From an uncultured Eubacteriales bacterium (GTDB lineage: Bacteria; Bacillota; Clostridia; Christensenellales; Aristaeellaceae), in assembly GCA_902787835.1 (NCBI GenBank), contig CADAHU010000007.1, forward strand, positions 19,441-83,440: a DNA stretch of 64,000 nucleotides, written 5' to 3'. The translations under genes and the position numbers were made by a program. Shown one piece after another: positions 43,936 through 51,635 of this stretch. Every line of letters begins with the position of its first letter. The stretch's first letter is position 1. The notes under the pieces are model-generated. The model was not told where the DNA came from and searched no databases. It saw only the letters and a list, made by a program, of their open reading frames with translations.

Positions 43936-45137
43936 GCTTTGCGCAGCTCCATTACGCGCGTCAGGATGGCGTCCGCCAGGGCGCGCTTGGTCATGATGGG
44001 CAGCTCCCGCCGATCCTCCCGTGTGATCAGCTCGGCGATGTTGGTGTCCACGTCAAAGCCCGCGCCGGGCTTGGTCACATCATTGGCCACGATCATATCC
44101 AGGTTTTTGCTCTCCAGCTTGGCCTGGGCGTGATCGGTGAGCTTTTCGGTTTCGGCGGCAAAGCCCACCAGCGTCTGGCCGGGCTTTTTCTGCTGGCCGA
44201 CGGCCCGGGCCACGTCGGGCGTGGGCACCATATGCAGCGTCAGGCGGCCATCCCCCTGCTTTTTGAGCTTCTGGGGGGCGGCGGCCTCCGGCTTATAATC
44301 GGCGGGCGCGGCGGCCTGGATCACAATATCCTGATCGGGGCACAGCCGCAGCATGGCCGCCAAAAGATCCTCTGTGCTCTGGACGGGAACGGTCTGTACG
44401 CCGGCGGGCACAGCAAGATTCACCGGGCCGGTGACCAGCGTCACCTCGGCCCCGCGCTGCCGGGCGGCCTCGGCGATGGCATAGCCCATTTTGCCGCTGG
44501 AGCGGTTGGTGATAAAGCGCACGGGATCCACAGCCTCCCGGGTGGGCCCGGCGGTGACCAGCACCCGCAGGCCCGCAAGATCCTGCTCCCGGCGCAGCAG
44601 CTCCGCGCACTTTTCCACGATCTGCACTGGCTCGCTCATGCGGCCCGCGCCCACGTCGCCGCACGCCAGCAGGCCGCCCTCCGGGCCGATGAACTGAACG
44701 CCGCGCTTCTTCAGCGTTTCCAGGTTCTCCCGGGTGGCGATGTTCTCCCACATGCCGGTGTTCATGGCCGGGGCCAGAAGCACCGGCGCGCGGGTGGCCA
44801 GCACGGTGGTGGACAGCATATCATCGGCAATGCCGCAGGCCATTTTGGCCATGATGTTGGCGGTGGCCGGGGCGATCAGAAACAGATCGGCCTGCTTGGC
44901 CAGCGCCACGTGCTCCACCTCCCAGCGCTCCGGCCGATCGAAGGTATCGGTCACGCAGGGATTGTTGCTGAGGGTTTCAAAGGTCAGGGGCGCGACAAAC
45001 TGGCAGGCGTTTTTGGTCATGATCACATGCACCTTCGCGCCCGCCTTGCGCAGACGGGATACGACCTCGCAGCTCTTATAGGCCGCGATGCCGCCCGTTA
45101 CGCCCAAAACCACCGTTTTTCCATCCAGTGCGCCCAT
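43932..45137 (-). CDS. coaBC: bifunctional phosphopantothenoylcysteine decarboxylase / phosphopantothenate-cysteine ligase
   Basis: GVTGGIAAYK flavoprotein N-domain, PAMN motif and the CoaB domain ITNRSSGKMG. Confidence 0.95.
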   Translation of the reverse strand: MGALDGKTVVLGVTGGIAAYKSCEVVSRLRKAGAKVHVIMTKNACQFVAPLTFETLSNNPCVTDTFDRPERWEVEHVALAKQADLFLIAPATANIMAKMACGIADDMLSTTVLATRAPVLLAPAMNTGMWENIATRENLETLKKRGVQFIGPEGGLLACGDVGAGRMSEPVQIVEKCAELLRREQDLAGLRVLVTAGPTREAVDPVRFITNRSSGKMGYAIAEAARQRGAEVTLVTGPVNLAVPAGVQTVPVQSTEDLLAAMLRLCPDQDIVIQAAAPADYKPEAAAPQKLKKQGDGRLTLHMVPTPDVARAVGQQKKPGQTLVGFAAETEKLTDHAQAKLESKNLDMIVANDVTKPGAGFDVDTNIAELITREDRRELPIMTKRALADAILTRVMELRKA

Positions 45138-45144
45138 ACTGCCG

Positions 45145-45360
45145 TTAAATCTCCTCGTCCTCCAGGTTGCGGCGATAGGTGAGCAGGCCGCGGTTGATCT
45201 CCTCGATGGCCAGGGTAACGGGCTTCATATCCTTGGGATCGATGAGCGGCTGGGCGCCGGCCACCAGCTGACGGGCGCGCTTGGCGGCCTCGATCACCAG
45301 GGTATAGCGGCAATCCACCTTCTGGGACAGTTCCACGATGCCGGGCTTATTGACAGACAT
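45145..45360 (-). CDS. rpoZ: DNA-directed RNA polymerase subunit omega
   Basis: 71 aa, ...CRYTLVIEAAKRARQL... It holds the conserved position after gmk. Confidence 0.92.
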   Translation of the reverse strand: MSVNKPGIVELSQKVDCRYTLVIEAAKRARQLVAGAQPLIDPKDMKPVTLAIEEINRGLLTYRRNLEDEEI

Positions 45361-45380
45361 GATTTTCTTTCCTCCAAATA

Positions 45381-45983
45381 TTATTCTTCGACCACCGGGA
45401 AATAGCGGCAGGAGCGCTGCTTTTCGGCATCCACGATGCCCTGCAGCGTCCGGTAGGCCACCTCCAGATCGTCGTTGACCACAAGATACTGATACTTGTC
45501 CTTGAGCGCCACCTCGCCCCGGGCGTTTTGAAGCCGGCGCTCGATCTGCTCCCGCGTCTCGGTGCCGCGGCCCTCCAGGCGGCGGCGCAATTCGGTAAAG
45601 GAGGGCGGCAGGATGAACACCGACACACAGCCGGGCATCTTTTCCATCACCTGCAGCGCGCCCTGGGGATCGATATCCAGCATGACGCTGCGGCCCGCCT
45701 CCAGCGCGTCCAGCACGGGCTGGCGCGGCGTGCCGTAAAAATGACCGTGCACCTGCGCGTGCTCCAGGAAGCCGTCCTGCTCCAGCATGGCGCGGAACTC
45801 CCCGTCGCTCACAAAGCGGTAATCCTTGCCGTCCACCTCGCCGGGCCGGGGAGCGCGGGTGGTATAGCTCACCGAAAACGTCATATCCGGGTCGGCGGCC
45901 AGCACCTTGCCGTACAGCGTGCCCTTGCCGGCGCCGGAGGGCCCGGAGATCACCAGCAGCATGCCCTTTCGTGCCTCTCGCAT
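45381..45983 (-). CDS. gmk: guanylate kinase
   Basis: P-loop ISGPSGAGKGT, YTTRAPRPGEVDGKDYRFV. Confidence 0.95.
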   Translation of the reverse strand: MREARKGMLLVISGPSGAGKGTLYGKVLAADPDMTFSVSYTTRAPRPGEVDGKDYRFVSDGEFRAMLEQDGFLEHAQVHGHFYGTPRQPVLDALEAGRSVMLDIDPQGALQVMEKMPGCVSVFILPPSFTELRRRLEGRGTETREQIERRLQNARGEVALKDKYQYLVVNDDLEVAYRTLQGIVDAEKQRSCRYFPVVEE

Positions 45984-46235
45984 TTACTTTTCTCCTTCGT
46001 TTTCGCTTTGCAGTCTGGCGGCCACGGTCTCTGCCTGCAGGGCGCTGAGCGCCACCATGCCGTTCTCCAGCACCAGCACGGAGCTGGCTTTATGCCCCGC
46101 CGTGCCGTCGATCAGCCGCTTTTCCTCCCGGGCGTCCTGCACGGTGCGGCGGGCCGGCGCGCTGTCGGCGCTGACCACGGCCATCACCCGGGCGGCGGCC
46201 ACCATGTTGCCAAAGCCGATATTGACCAGTCGCAT
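45984..46235 (-). CDS. remA: DUF370 / RemA family regulator
   Basis: MRLVNIGFGNMVAAARVMAVVSADSAPARR... Confidence 0.92.
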   Translation of the reverse strand: MRLVNIGFGNMVAAARVMAVVSADSAPARRTVQDAREEKRLIDGTAGHKASSVLVLENGMVALSALQAETVAARLQSENEGEK

Positions 46236-46238
46236 AGG

Positions 46239-47108
46239 TTACTCCACGTTCTGTATCTGCTCCCGCAGCTTTTCGATTTCAGACTTGGCATCCACCACCA
46301 ATTTGGCGATCTCGCCGTCCAGCGCCTTGCTGCCGATGGTGTTTACCTCGCGGTTCATCTCCTGCACCAGGAAGTTGAGCTTGCTGCCGCACTGCTCCCC
46401 CGCCATCAGGGCGTAGGCCTGGGCGATGTGGCTGCTCAGGCGGCTGAGCTCCTCATCGATGGCGGCGCGGTCCGCAAAGAGCGCCACCTCCTGCACCAGC
46501 CGCTGCTCGTCGGGCACGCCGATCTCCAGCTCCGCGATGCGGCTCAGCAGGCGCTGGCGGTAATCCTGCACCACGCCGGGCGCGCGCTCCGCGATCCTGA
46601 CCCGCAGCGCCTCCAGCAATTGCAGATGCTCGGTCAGATCGGCCCTTAACGCCTCACCCTCCCGCAGCCGCATGGCGTTGACCTCGCTTAAGGCTCCGCC
46701 CAGCGTTTCGCGGATCAGATCGCCCACCGCCTGCTGATCCTCCTCGTTTTCGGTGACGGTCAGCACATCGGGCAGCTGGGTATACAGCGACAGCGGCGGC
46801 TCGTTCACCGCGCCGGTGGCGGCGCTGAGCTCCGACAGCGCATCCCGGTAGGCCGCGGCCAGGGCAGTATCGCAGACCACCTTCCGGGCGTCGGGCCGGG
46901 CGTTGCGGTAGGTAATAAACACGTCCGCATGGCCCCGGGCCAGTTCCCCGGCGATCTGCCGGCGCATGGCGTCCTCCGCGAAGGACAGATGCCGCGGCAG
47001 GCGCAGCGCCACATCCAAAAAGCGATGGTTGACGGTCTTAACCTCCACCGTCATCTCGCGCCCATCCGCCGCGCGCGTGCAGCGCCCGTAGCCAGTCATG
47101 CTCCGCAT
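46239..47108 (-). CDS. yicC: YicC/YloC family endoribonuclease
   Basis: MRSMTGYGR...VEVKTVNHRFLD. C-terminal NFLVQEMNREVNTIGSK. ATG 47108 is 6 nt after GGAGGG. Confidence 0.93.
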   Translation of the reverse strand: MRSMTGYGRCTRAADGREMTVEVKTVNHRFLDVALRLPRHLSFAEDAMRRQIAGELARGHADVFITYRNARPDARKVVCDTALAAAYRDALSELSAATGAVNEPPLSLYTQLPDVLTVTENEEDQQAVGDLIRETLGGALSEVNAMRLREGEALRADLTEHLQLLEALRVRIAERAPGVVQDYRQRLLSRIAELEIGVPDEQRLVQEVALFADRAAIDEELSRLSSHIAQAYALMAGEQCGSKLNFLVQEMNREVNTIGSKALDGEIAKLVVDAKSEIEKLREQIQNVE

Positions 47109-47156
47109 GATCAACCCTCCCTTGCCAATAAAATATTATACCATAAAAAAAGCGTT

Positions 47157-47204
47157 ATGAAAAGGGGATACCCGCCTTCCATCCAAAAGAAAGCGCGTAT
47201 CCCC
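47157..47204 (-). terminator. intrinsic terminator upstream of the yicC promoter
   Basis: Minus strand has GGGGATACGCGC...GCGGGTATCCCC (one mismatch) followed by T7. An extended -10 TGGTATAAT for yicC follows (complement at 47135-47143). Confidence 0.75.
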
Positions 47205-47219
47205 TGTTTCCGTTCCGCG

Positions 47220-47507
47220 TCAGCCCTGCAGGCCGCGCGCCTGACGATCCATATCCTCCACGACGATATCGTAGATCTCGCCCAGCCCGGCGCAGTATTC
47301 CAGGATCTCCCAGGGCTTGTTGGTGTGGAAGTGCAGCTTGATCAGCTCGTCATCCCCCACCGCCAGCAGGCAGTCGCCCTCAAAATGGGTGCGGATATAT
47401 TCATTGATCTGATCCTCATCCAGGTCATGGCCTTCGATCAGCATCTGGGTATCATACCGGAATTCGGTTTCGTCCTCGTCCATGTTCATTTCCTTTTCAG
47501 GATCCAT
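47220..47507 (-). CDS. stand-alone YloV-central-domain-like protein (DAK2-fusion-related, 95 aa)
   Basis: ...GDCLLAVGDDELIKLHFHTNKPWEILEYCAGLGEIYDIVVEDMDRQ mirrors the GDSLVVV..KVHVHTN.P...G.L..IKI.NM block of YloV proteins as I recall them. Confidence 0.45.
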   Translation of the reverse strand: MDPEKEMNMDEDETEFRYDTQMLIEGHDLDEDQINEYIRTHFEGDCLLAVGDDELIKLHFHTNKPWEILEYCAGLGEIYDIVVEDMDRQARGLQG

Positions 47508-47530
47508 CGGTTTCGCCTCCTTTCGCGGTC

Positions 47531-47559
47531 ATTATAGCGCGTATTTGCCCATCTGTCAA
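47531..47559 (-). promoter_or_regulatory. consensus promoter of the 95-aa gene
   Basis: Minus strand has TTGACA (47554-47559), 17 nt, TATAAT (47531-47536), then AAAGGAGG and the ATG. Confidence 0.75.
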
Positions 47560-47564
47560 AGCCT

Positions 47565-48190
47565 TCAGTTCATATACTCGCCGTTATAGGTCACCAGCAT
47601 GGCGCTGGTCACGCCCGAGAGGGCCTGCACATCATGCATAAAGGCGGTATCCCCGCCCCGCAGGCGGATATCCACGGTGATCTCCGTTCCCTCCGGCCCC
47701 ACGCGCTTGGATTTGACGCGGCAGCGCTTGGTATGCCCGGCCACCAGCTCCATGGCTTTCTCCTCCGCGGCCCGATCCAAGGCCTGGATCACCAGGATAT
47801 AGGGAACGCCGTTGCTGCGGCCCCGGGTAAGCAGAATCACAGCCAGGCCGATCAGCAGCGAGCCCGCCACGGCCACGCCCGCCATGCCGGCGCCCGCCGC
47901 GATGCCCGCCGCCACCGCCCAGAACATGAACATAATGTCCATGGGCTCGTCAGCACCACGTTGCTGGTGACCACGCACAGGATCATGGCGCTGATCATGG
48001 TGATGGCCACCAACGTGACGCCGTAGGTCATGGTATACATCACGCCCTGATAGGTGGCCTTGTACAGCGCGGCGATAAACAGCCCCAGCAGCCCCGCCGT
48101 CAGCAGGGTCAGCAGCGTATCGGGCAGTGAAAAGGCCACTGCTTTTTCAAAAAAGCTGACGGAGAACAGTTGATTCAGCACTTGGTTCAT
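47565..48190 (-). pseudogene. DUF4956 family membrane protein, disrupted (two overlapping ORFs 47852-48190 and 47565-47978)
   Basis: The N-terminal ORF reads sensibly up to ...ILCVVTSNVV. The C-terminal ORF makes sense from ...DEPMDIMFMFWAVAAGIAAGAGM. The two are in different frames, and the conserved ...SLVGA.S..RFR... block expected between them is missing. Confidence 0.65.
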
Positions 48191-48202
48191 GGCGCGTACC
48201 TC

Positions 48203-48871
48203 TCAATCATAGGTGTGGCAGGCTTCAAACTTGGAAAAGCTCATGCCCCGGCAGCCGCAATCCGTGATATCGCGGATGATATCGGGCAGATAATTGTCAA
48301 ACTTGACCTCCAGCAGCGTAAAATCATCGCTCTGGGTGCGGATGCGGGGCTGGTCGGCGCTCAGAAAATCAGTATTCCACAGCCCGGTGCGGATGTTGGT
48401 ATCCAGCGTCACCCGCACGTTGCCCGGGCCGTACACATAGGCTTCCCGGGTGTAATGCACCTGTACGCTGGGGGCCATCAGCTCCGTGTGCATGCGCAGG
48501 TATACCTCCCGCAGCAGCGGACGGTCGCAGGCGAGCATCCAGTCCACATTCCCCGCCATCAGCTGGTCGATCTCCGCCCGGGTCATGGAGCAGCCCACCT
48601 TATCGCACAGGCTGCCCACCTTGCTTTTGCGCTCCAGACGAAAAAAATCCCGGTTATCGTTATAATAGCGGATGCGGTATTTGTGCCGCACCGGCATGCC
48701 CACCTGCTTTTCGGTCAGCGCCCGGCGGCTGGGAGTATCCAGGTAGACGCTGTGGATCTCATAGGTGCCGTCGGCCCCGGCGTGGGGATCCCGCTGCATC
48801 ACGGCCAGCAGCCGTCCCCGCAGGGCGATCGCCTCCGCCGGCCGCAGCCGGCTTTTGATTTCGTGGCGCAT
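48203..48871 (-). CDS. VTC-domain (polyphosphate polymerase-like) protein
   Basis: From ATG 48871 (GGGGAGGGGG RBS): MRHEIKSRL...YEIHSVYLDTP...KYRIRYYN...LERK...LEVKF, typical of bacterial VTC domain proteins that pair with DUF4956. Confidence 0.8.
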   Translation of the reverse strand: MRHEIKSRLRPAEAIALRGRLLAVMQRDPHAGADGTYEIHSVYLDTPSRRALTEKQVGMPVRHKYRIRYYNDNRDFFRLERKSKVGSLCDKVGCSMTRAEIDQLMAGNVDWMLACDRPLLREVYLRMHTELMAPSVQVHYTREAYVYGPGNVRVTLDTNIRTGLWNTDFLSADQPRIRTQSDDFTLLEVKFDNYLPDIIRDITDCGCRGMSFSKFEACHTYD

Positions 48872-48940
48872 GCGGCACCCCCTCCCCGGATTTTTGCCTA
48901 TTCTACCACGAAACGCCCAAAACCGCAAGCAGACGGCGAA

Positions 48941-49747
48941 TCATCGCCGCCTGCCGGGAAGCAGAATGCGCACCTCCGTGGCGCTTTCGTATTCCCGCAC
49001 CTCGCACTGGGCGTTGAGCCCGGTATCGCGCATCTGCTGCACGATGCCGCGGATGGCGTTCAGGTACAGCCGCGGATCCCGGGCCAGGCTGACCACCCGG
49101 CGGGAAGGCGCGGGCACCGGCAGGCGCTCCAGGGCCCGGGCCACCAGCTGCTCGGTTTTCTGCACGGACAGCTTCTGGGCAGCGGCCAGGTGCACGATGC
49201 GCAGCCGTCCCTCCTCCCCCGGCAGCGGCAGCAGCGCCCGGGCATGGCGCTCGCTGAGTCCGCCCTCCGTGATGGCCTCCCGCACGGCGGGCTCCAGCCG
49301 CAGCAGGCGCAGCCGGTTGCTGACTGCCGATACGCTTTTGCCCAGCAGCCGGGCCAGCGTTTCCTGCCGCATGCCGCCCGATATCAGGCGATTGTACGCC
49401 TCGGCCTCCTCAAAAAAATGCAGGTTTTGCCGCTGCACGTTTTCCACCAGCGCCAGCAGGGCGCTCTCGCTGTCATCGGCGGGCAGCACAAAGGCCTCGA
49501 TGTGGGTATGCCCCAGCAGCCTGCAGGCGCGGTATCGGCGCTCCCCCATGATCAGCTCATACCCGCTGGCCAAGGGACGCACGGTAACGGGCTGCAAAAG
49601 GCCGTTTTCGCGGATGGAGGCAGCCAGCTCCATCAGCGCAAAATCATCAAATGCCGCCCTGGGCTGCATGCGGTTGGGCGCAATGGCGTCCATGGGCAGC
49701 CAGCATAGCTGACGTCCGGCGGTCTGTACGGCGGTGCTTGCGCGCAT
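48941..49747 (-). CDS. ParB/Spo0J/Noc family protein
   Basis: ParB N-domain ...NGLLQPVTVRPLASGYELIMGERRYRACRLLG... and HTH LARLLGKSVSAVSNRLRLLRL. No adjacent parA. Confidence 0.85.
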   Translation of the reverse strand: MRASTAVQTAGRQLCWLPMDAIAPNRMQPRAAFDDFALMELAASIRENGLLQPVTVRPLASGYELIMGERRYRACRLLGHTHIEAFVLPADDSESALLALVENVQRQNLHFFEEAEAYNRLISGGMRQETLARLLGKSVSAVSNRLRLLRLEPAVREAITEGGLSERHARALLPLPGEEGRLRIVHLAAAQKLSVQKTEQLVARALERLPVPAPSRRVVSLARDPRLYLNAIRGIVQQMRDTGLNAQCEVREYESATEVRILLPGRRR

Positions 49748-49847
49748 ATGCGCCTCCCGTTTAAGTTTGGGGACGCGGCGGCCGGAAAGCCGCCTCCCTC
49801 TTGCCGCTCCCCGGCCCTGCGCCGCATCCTTGCCCTTCTGTTTCGAT

Positions 49848-49885
49848 GGAAAAGGGCGGCCCTCCTGCCTGGAGCGCCGCCCTTT
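49848..49885 (-). terminator. possible intrinsic terminator between rsmG and the parB-like gene
   Basis: 10-bp stem AAAGGGCGGC / GCCGCCCTTT (49851-49860 / 49876-49885), followed on the minus strand by a short U-tract. Confidence 0.45.
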
Positions 49886-49909
49886 CGTTCGCGCAAAAAA
49901 GCGCCGATT

Positions 49910-50641
49910 CTATTTGGTTTTTGCTTTTTCGACGGCTTCCCCCAGCGGCTGCCGGGCGGGCATGCCGCTTTTGCGGGGATACTGTCGAACGGTTTTTTCA
50001 GTTTTGAAGAATGGCTGCACATAATGCTCCCGCCCCTCGATGGGCAGGCGCGCCAGCTCCTCCGCCCGCGCGCCCAGGATCCCCGCGGCCCGCGTCCCCG
50101 CTGCGATCTCCTCCCGCACCGCCGGGCCCTTCCAGCACAGGGCGCGGCCGCCCACCCGGACGAAGGGCAGCAGGTACTCGCACAGCACGTTCAGCGGCGC
50201 CACCGCCCGGGCCACGGCGATATCCATCCGCTCCCGCAGCGCTCCGCGGGAGGCGTCCTCCGCCCGCGCATGCAGCACGGTCACGTTGGAAAGCCCCGTC
50301 TTTTCGATCGCGGCCTGCAAAAAATCGCAGCGCTTGCGCTGGGCGTCCAGCAGCGTCACCTGCAGATCCGGCCTTGCGATGGCCAACGGCAGGCCGGGGA
50401 AGCCCGCGCCGGTGCCCACGTCGATGAGCCGCGCGCCTTCCGGGAACCATTCCCGGTGCGCCAGGGGCAGCAGCGAATCGCCGTAATGGCGCAGGGCCAT
50501 TTCCGCCTCGGGCACGTTGGTCAGATCCATCCGGCTGTTCCAATCCAGCAGCAGGGCGTGATAATCCGCCAGCCGCTCCAGGGCCATGGCGTCCGGCGTC
50601 AAGCCAGCGCTCTGCAATATTTTTTTCAATTCCTCAATCAT
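49910..50641 (-). CDS. rsmG: 16S rRNA (guanine527-N7)-methyltransferase
   Basis: ...LLLDWNSRMDLTNV..., IDVGTGAGFPGLPLAI. Confidence 0.94.
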   Translation of the reverse strand: MIEELKKILQSAGLTPDAMALERLADYHALLLDWNSRMDLTNVPEAEMALRHYGDSLLPLAHREWFPEGARLIDVGTGAGFPGLPLAIARPDLQVTLLDAQRKRCDFLQAAIEKTGLSNVTVLHARAEDASRGALRERMDIAVARAVAPLNVLCEYLLPFVRVGGRALCWKGPAVREEIAAGTRAAGILGARAEELARLPIEGREHYVQPFFKTEKTVRQYPRKSGMPARQPLGEAVEKAKTK

Positions 50642-51626
50642 CCCGTTCTCCCGCCCGGATGCGCAGCAGCTGCAGCATCGTTTTTTCCAGGGCTCCTTCC
50701 GCGGGCAGCTGCCCGCTTTTTACGCTGTATTCGGTCTGCATGCACACATCGCACATTTCGCGCAGCTGCTCCTCGGTATAGCGCGTCACCTGGCCCGACA
50801 GCTGGCGCACGGCGAAGGGCGGCGCGCCGATGCGGGCGGCGATGGCGTCGGGCTGCAGGCCCTCCTGGCGGAGCAGACGCACCGCCAGCATGCGGCGGCA
50901 TTCGCCCTGGAGCAGGGCCAGCAGGTACAGCGGCTCCTCGCCGTCCTTCTGCAGGGCGTGGGCCAGGGTAAACGCGCCCTTGGCGTCGCCGCGCATCAGG
51001 CTGTTGGTCAGATCGTATACCCGGTAGGCGGTGGTGCGCACGCATACGGCGTCGATGTCCTCACCGGTCTCGCCATGGAGGGCATACAGCTCCGTCCCGG
51101 CGGTGAAGGTCAGCTTCTGGCAGGTGGCGGAGCTGATCTGCTTGCCCAGCTTTTTGAGCGTCTGGGCGATCCAGCGCGTCATTTCCTTATCATCCAGGGC
51201 GGTAAACTGCACGATCTCCGCGGTCTTTTTCAGCTGGGTATACAGCTTTTTGCGGCCATCCGCCTTATCCCGCACGTAAAAGACGATGCAGGCGGTTTCC
51301 GGCGGATTTTTGAGATACTCCGCCAGGGCCGCGGCGCTGCGGGCCTCATCGTAGCCCTTGGCGCGGCCCTGCAGCATGCCGCTCTCCTGCACCACCACCA
51401 GCCGCTTATCGGCCATAAAGGGCAGCGTTTCGGCGGCGGCGATCAGCGTATCGGCATCGGGATCGATCAGCCGCGTCTCGTTCATATCCTCCAGCCCCGC
51501 GGGCAGCAGAAGGCGGCGCAGGGCGTCCAGCGCCGAGCGCTTGATATACTCCTCCGGCCCCTCCAGCACATAGCAGGGAGCGGTCTTCCCCTGGCCGATC
51601 TGCTCAAAAAACGTGCGGCGTTCCAT
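50634..51626 (-). CDS. holA: DNA polymerase III subunit delta
   Basis: 330 aa, ...YVLEGPEEYIK...TLPFMADKRLVVV... Its 3' end overlaps the rsmG start by 8 nt. Confidence 0.9.
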   Translation of the reverse strand: MERRTFFEQIGQGKTAPCYVLEGPEEYIKRSALDALRRLLLPAGLEDMNETRLIDPDADTLIAAAETLPFMADKRLVVVQESGMLQGRAKGYDEARSAAALAEYLKNPPETACIVFYVRDKADGRKKLYTQLKKTAEIVQFTALDDKEMTRWIAQTLKKLGKQISSATCQKLTFTAGTELYALHGETGEDIDAVCVRTTAYRVYDLTNSLMRGDAKGAFTLAHALQKDGEEPLYLLALLQGECRRMLAVRLLRQEGLQPDAIAARIGAPPFAVRQLSGQVTRYTEEQLREMCDVCMQTEYSVKSGQLPAEGALEKTMLQLLRIRAGERDD

Positions 51627-51635
51627 GAAAGCTCC

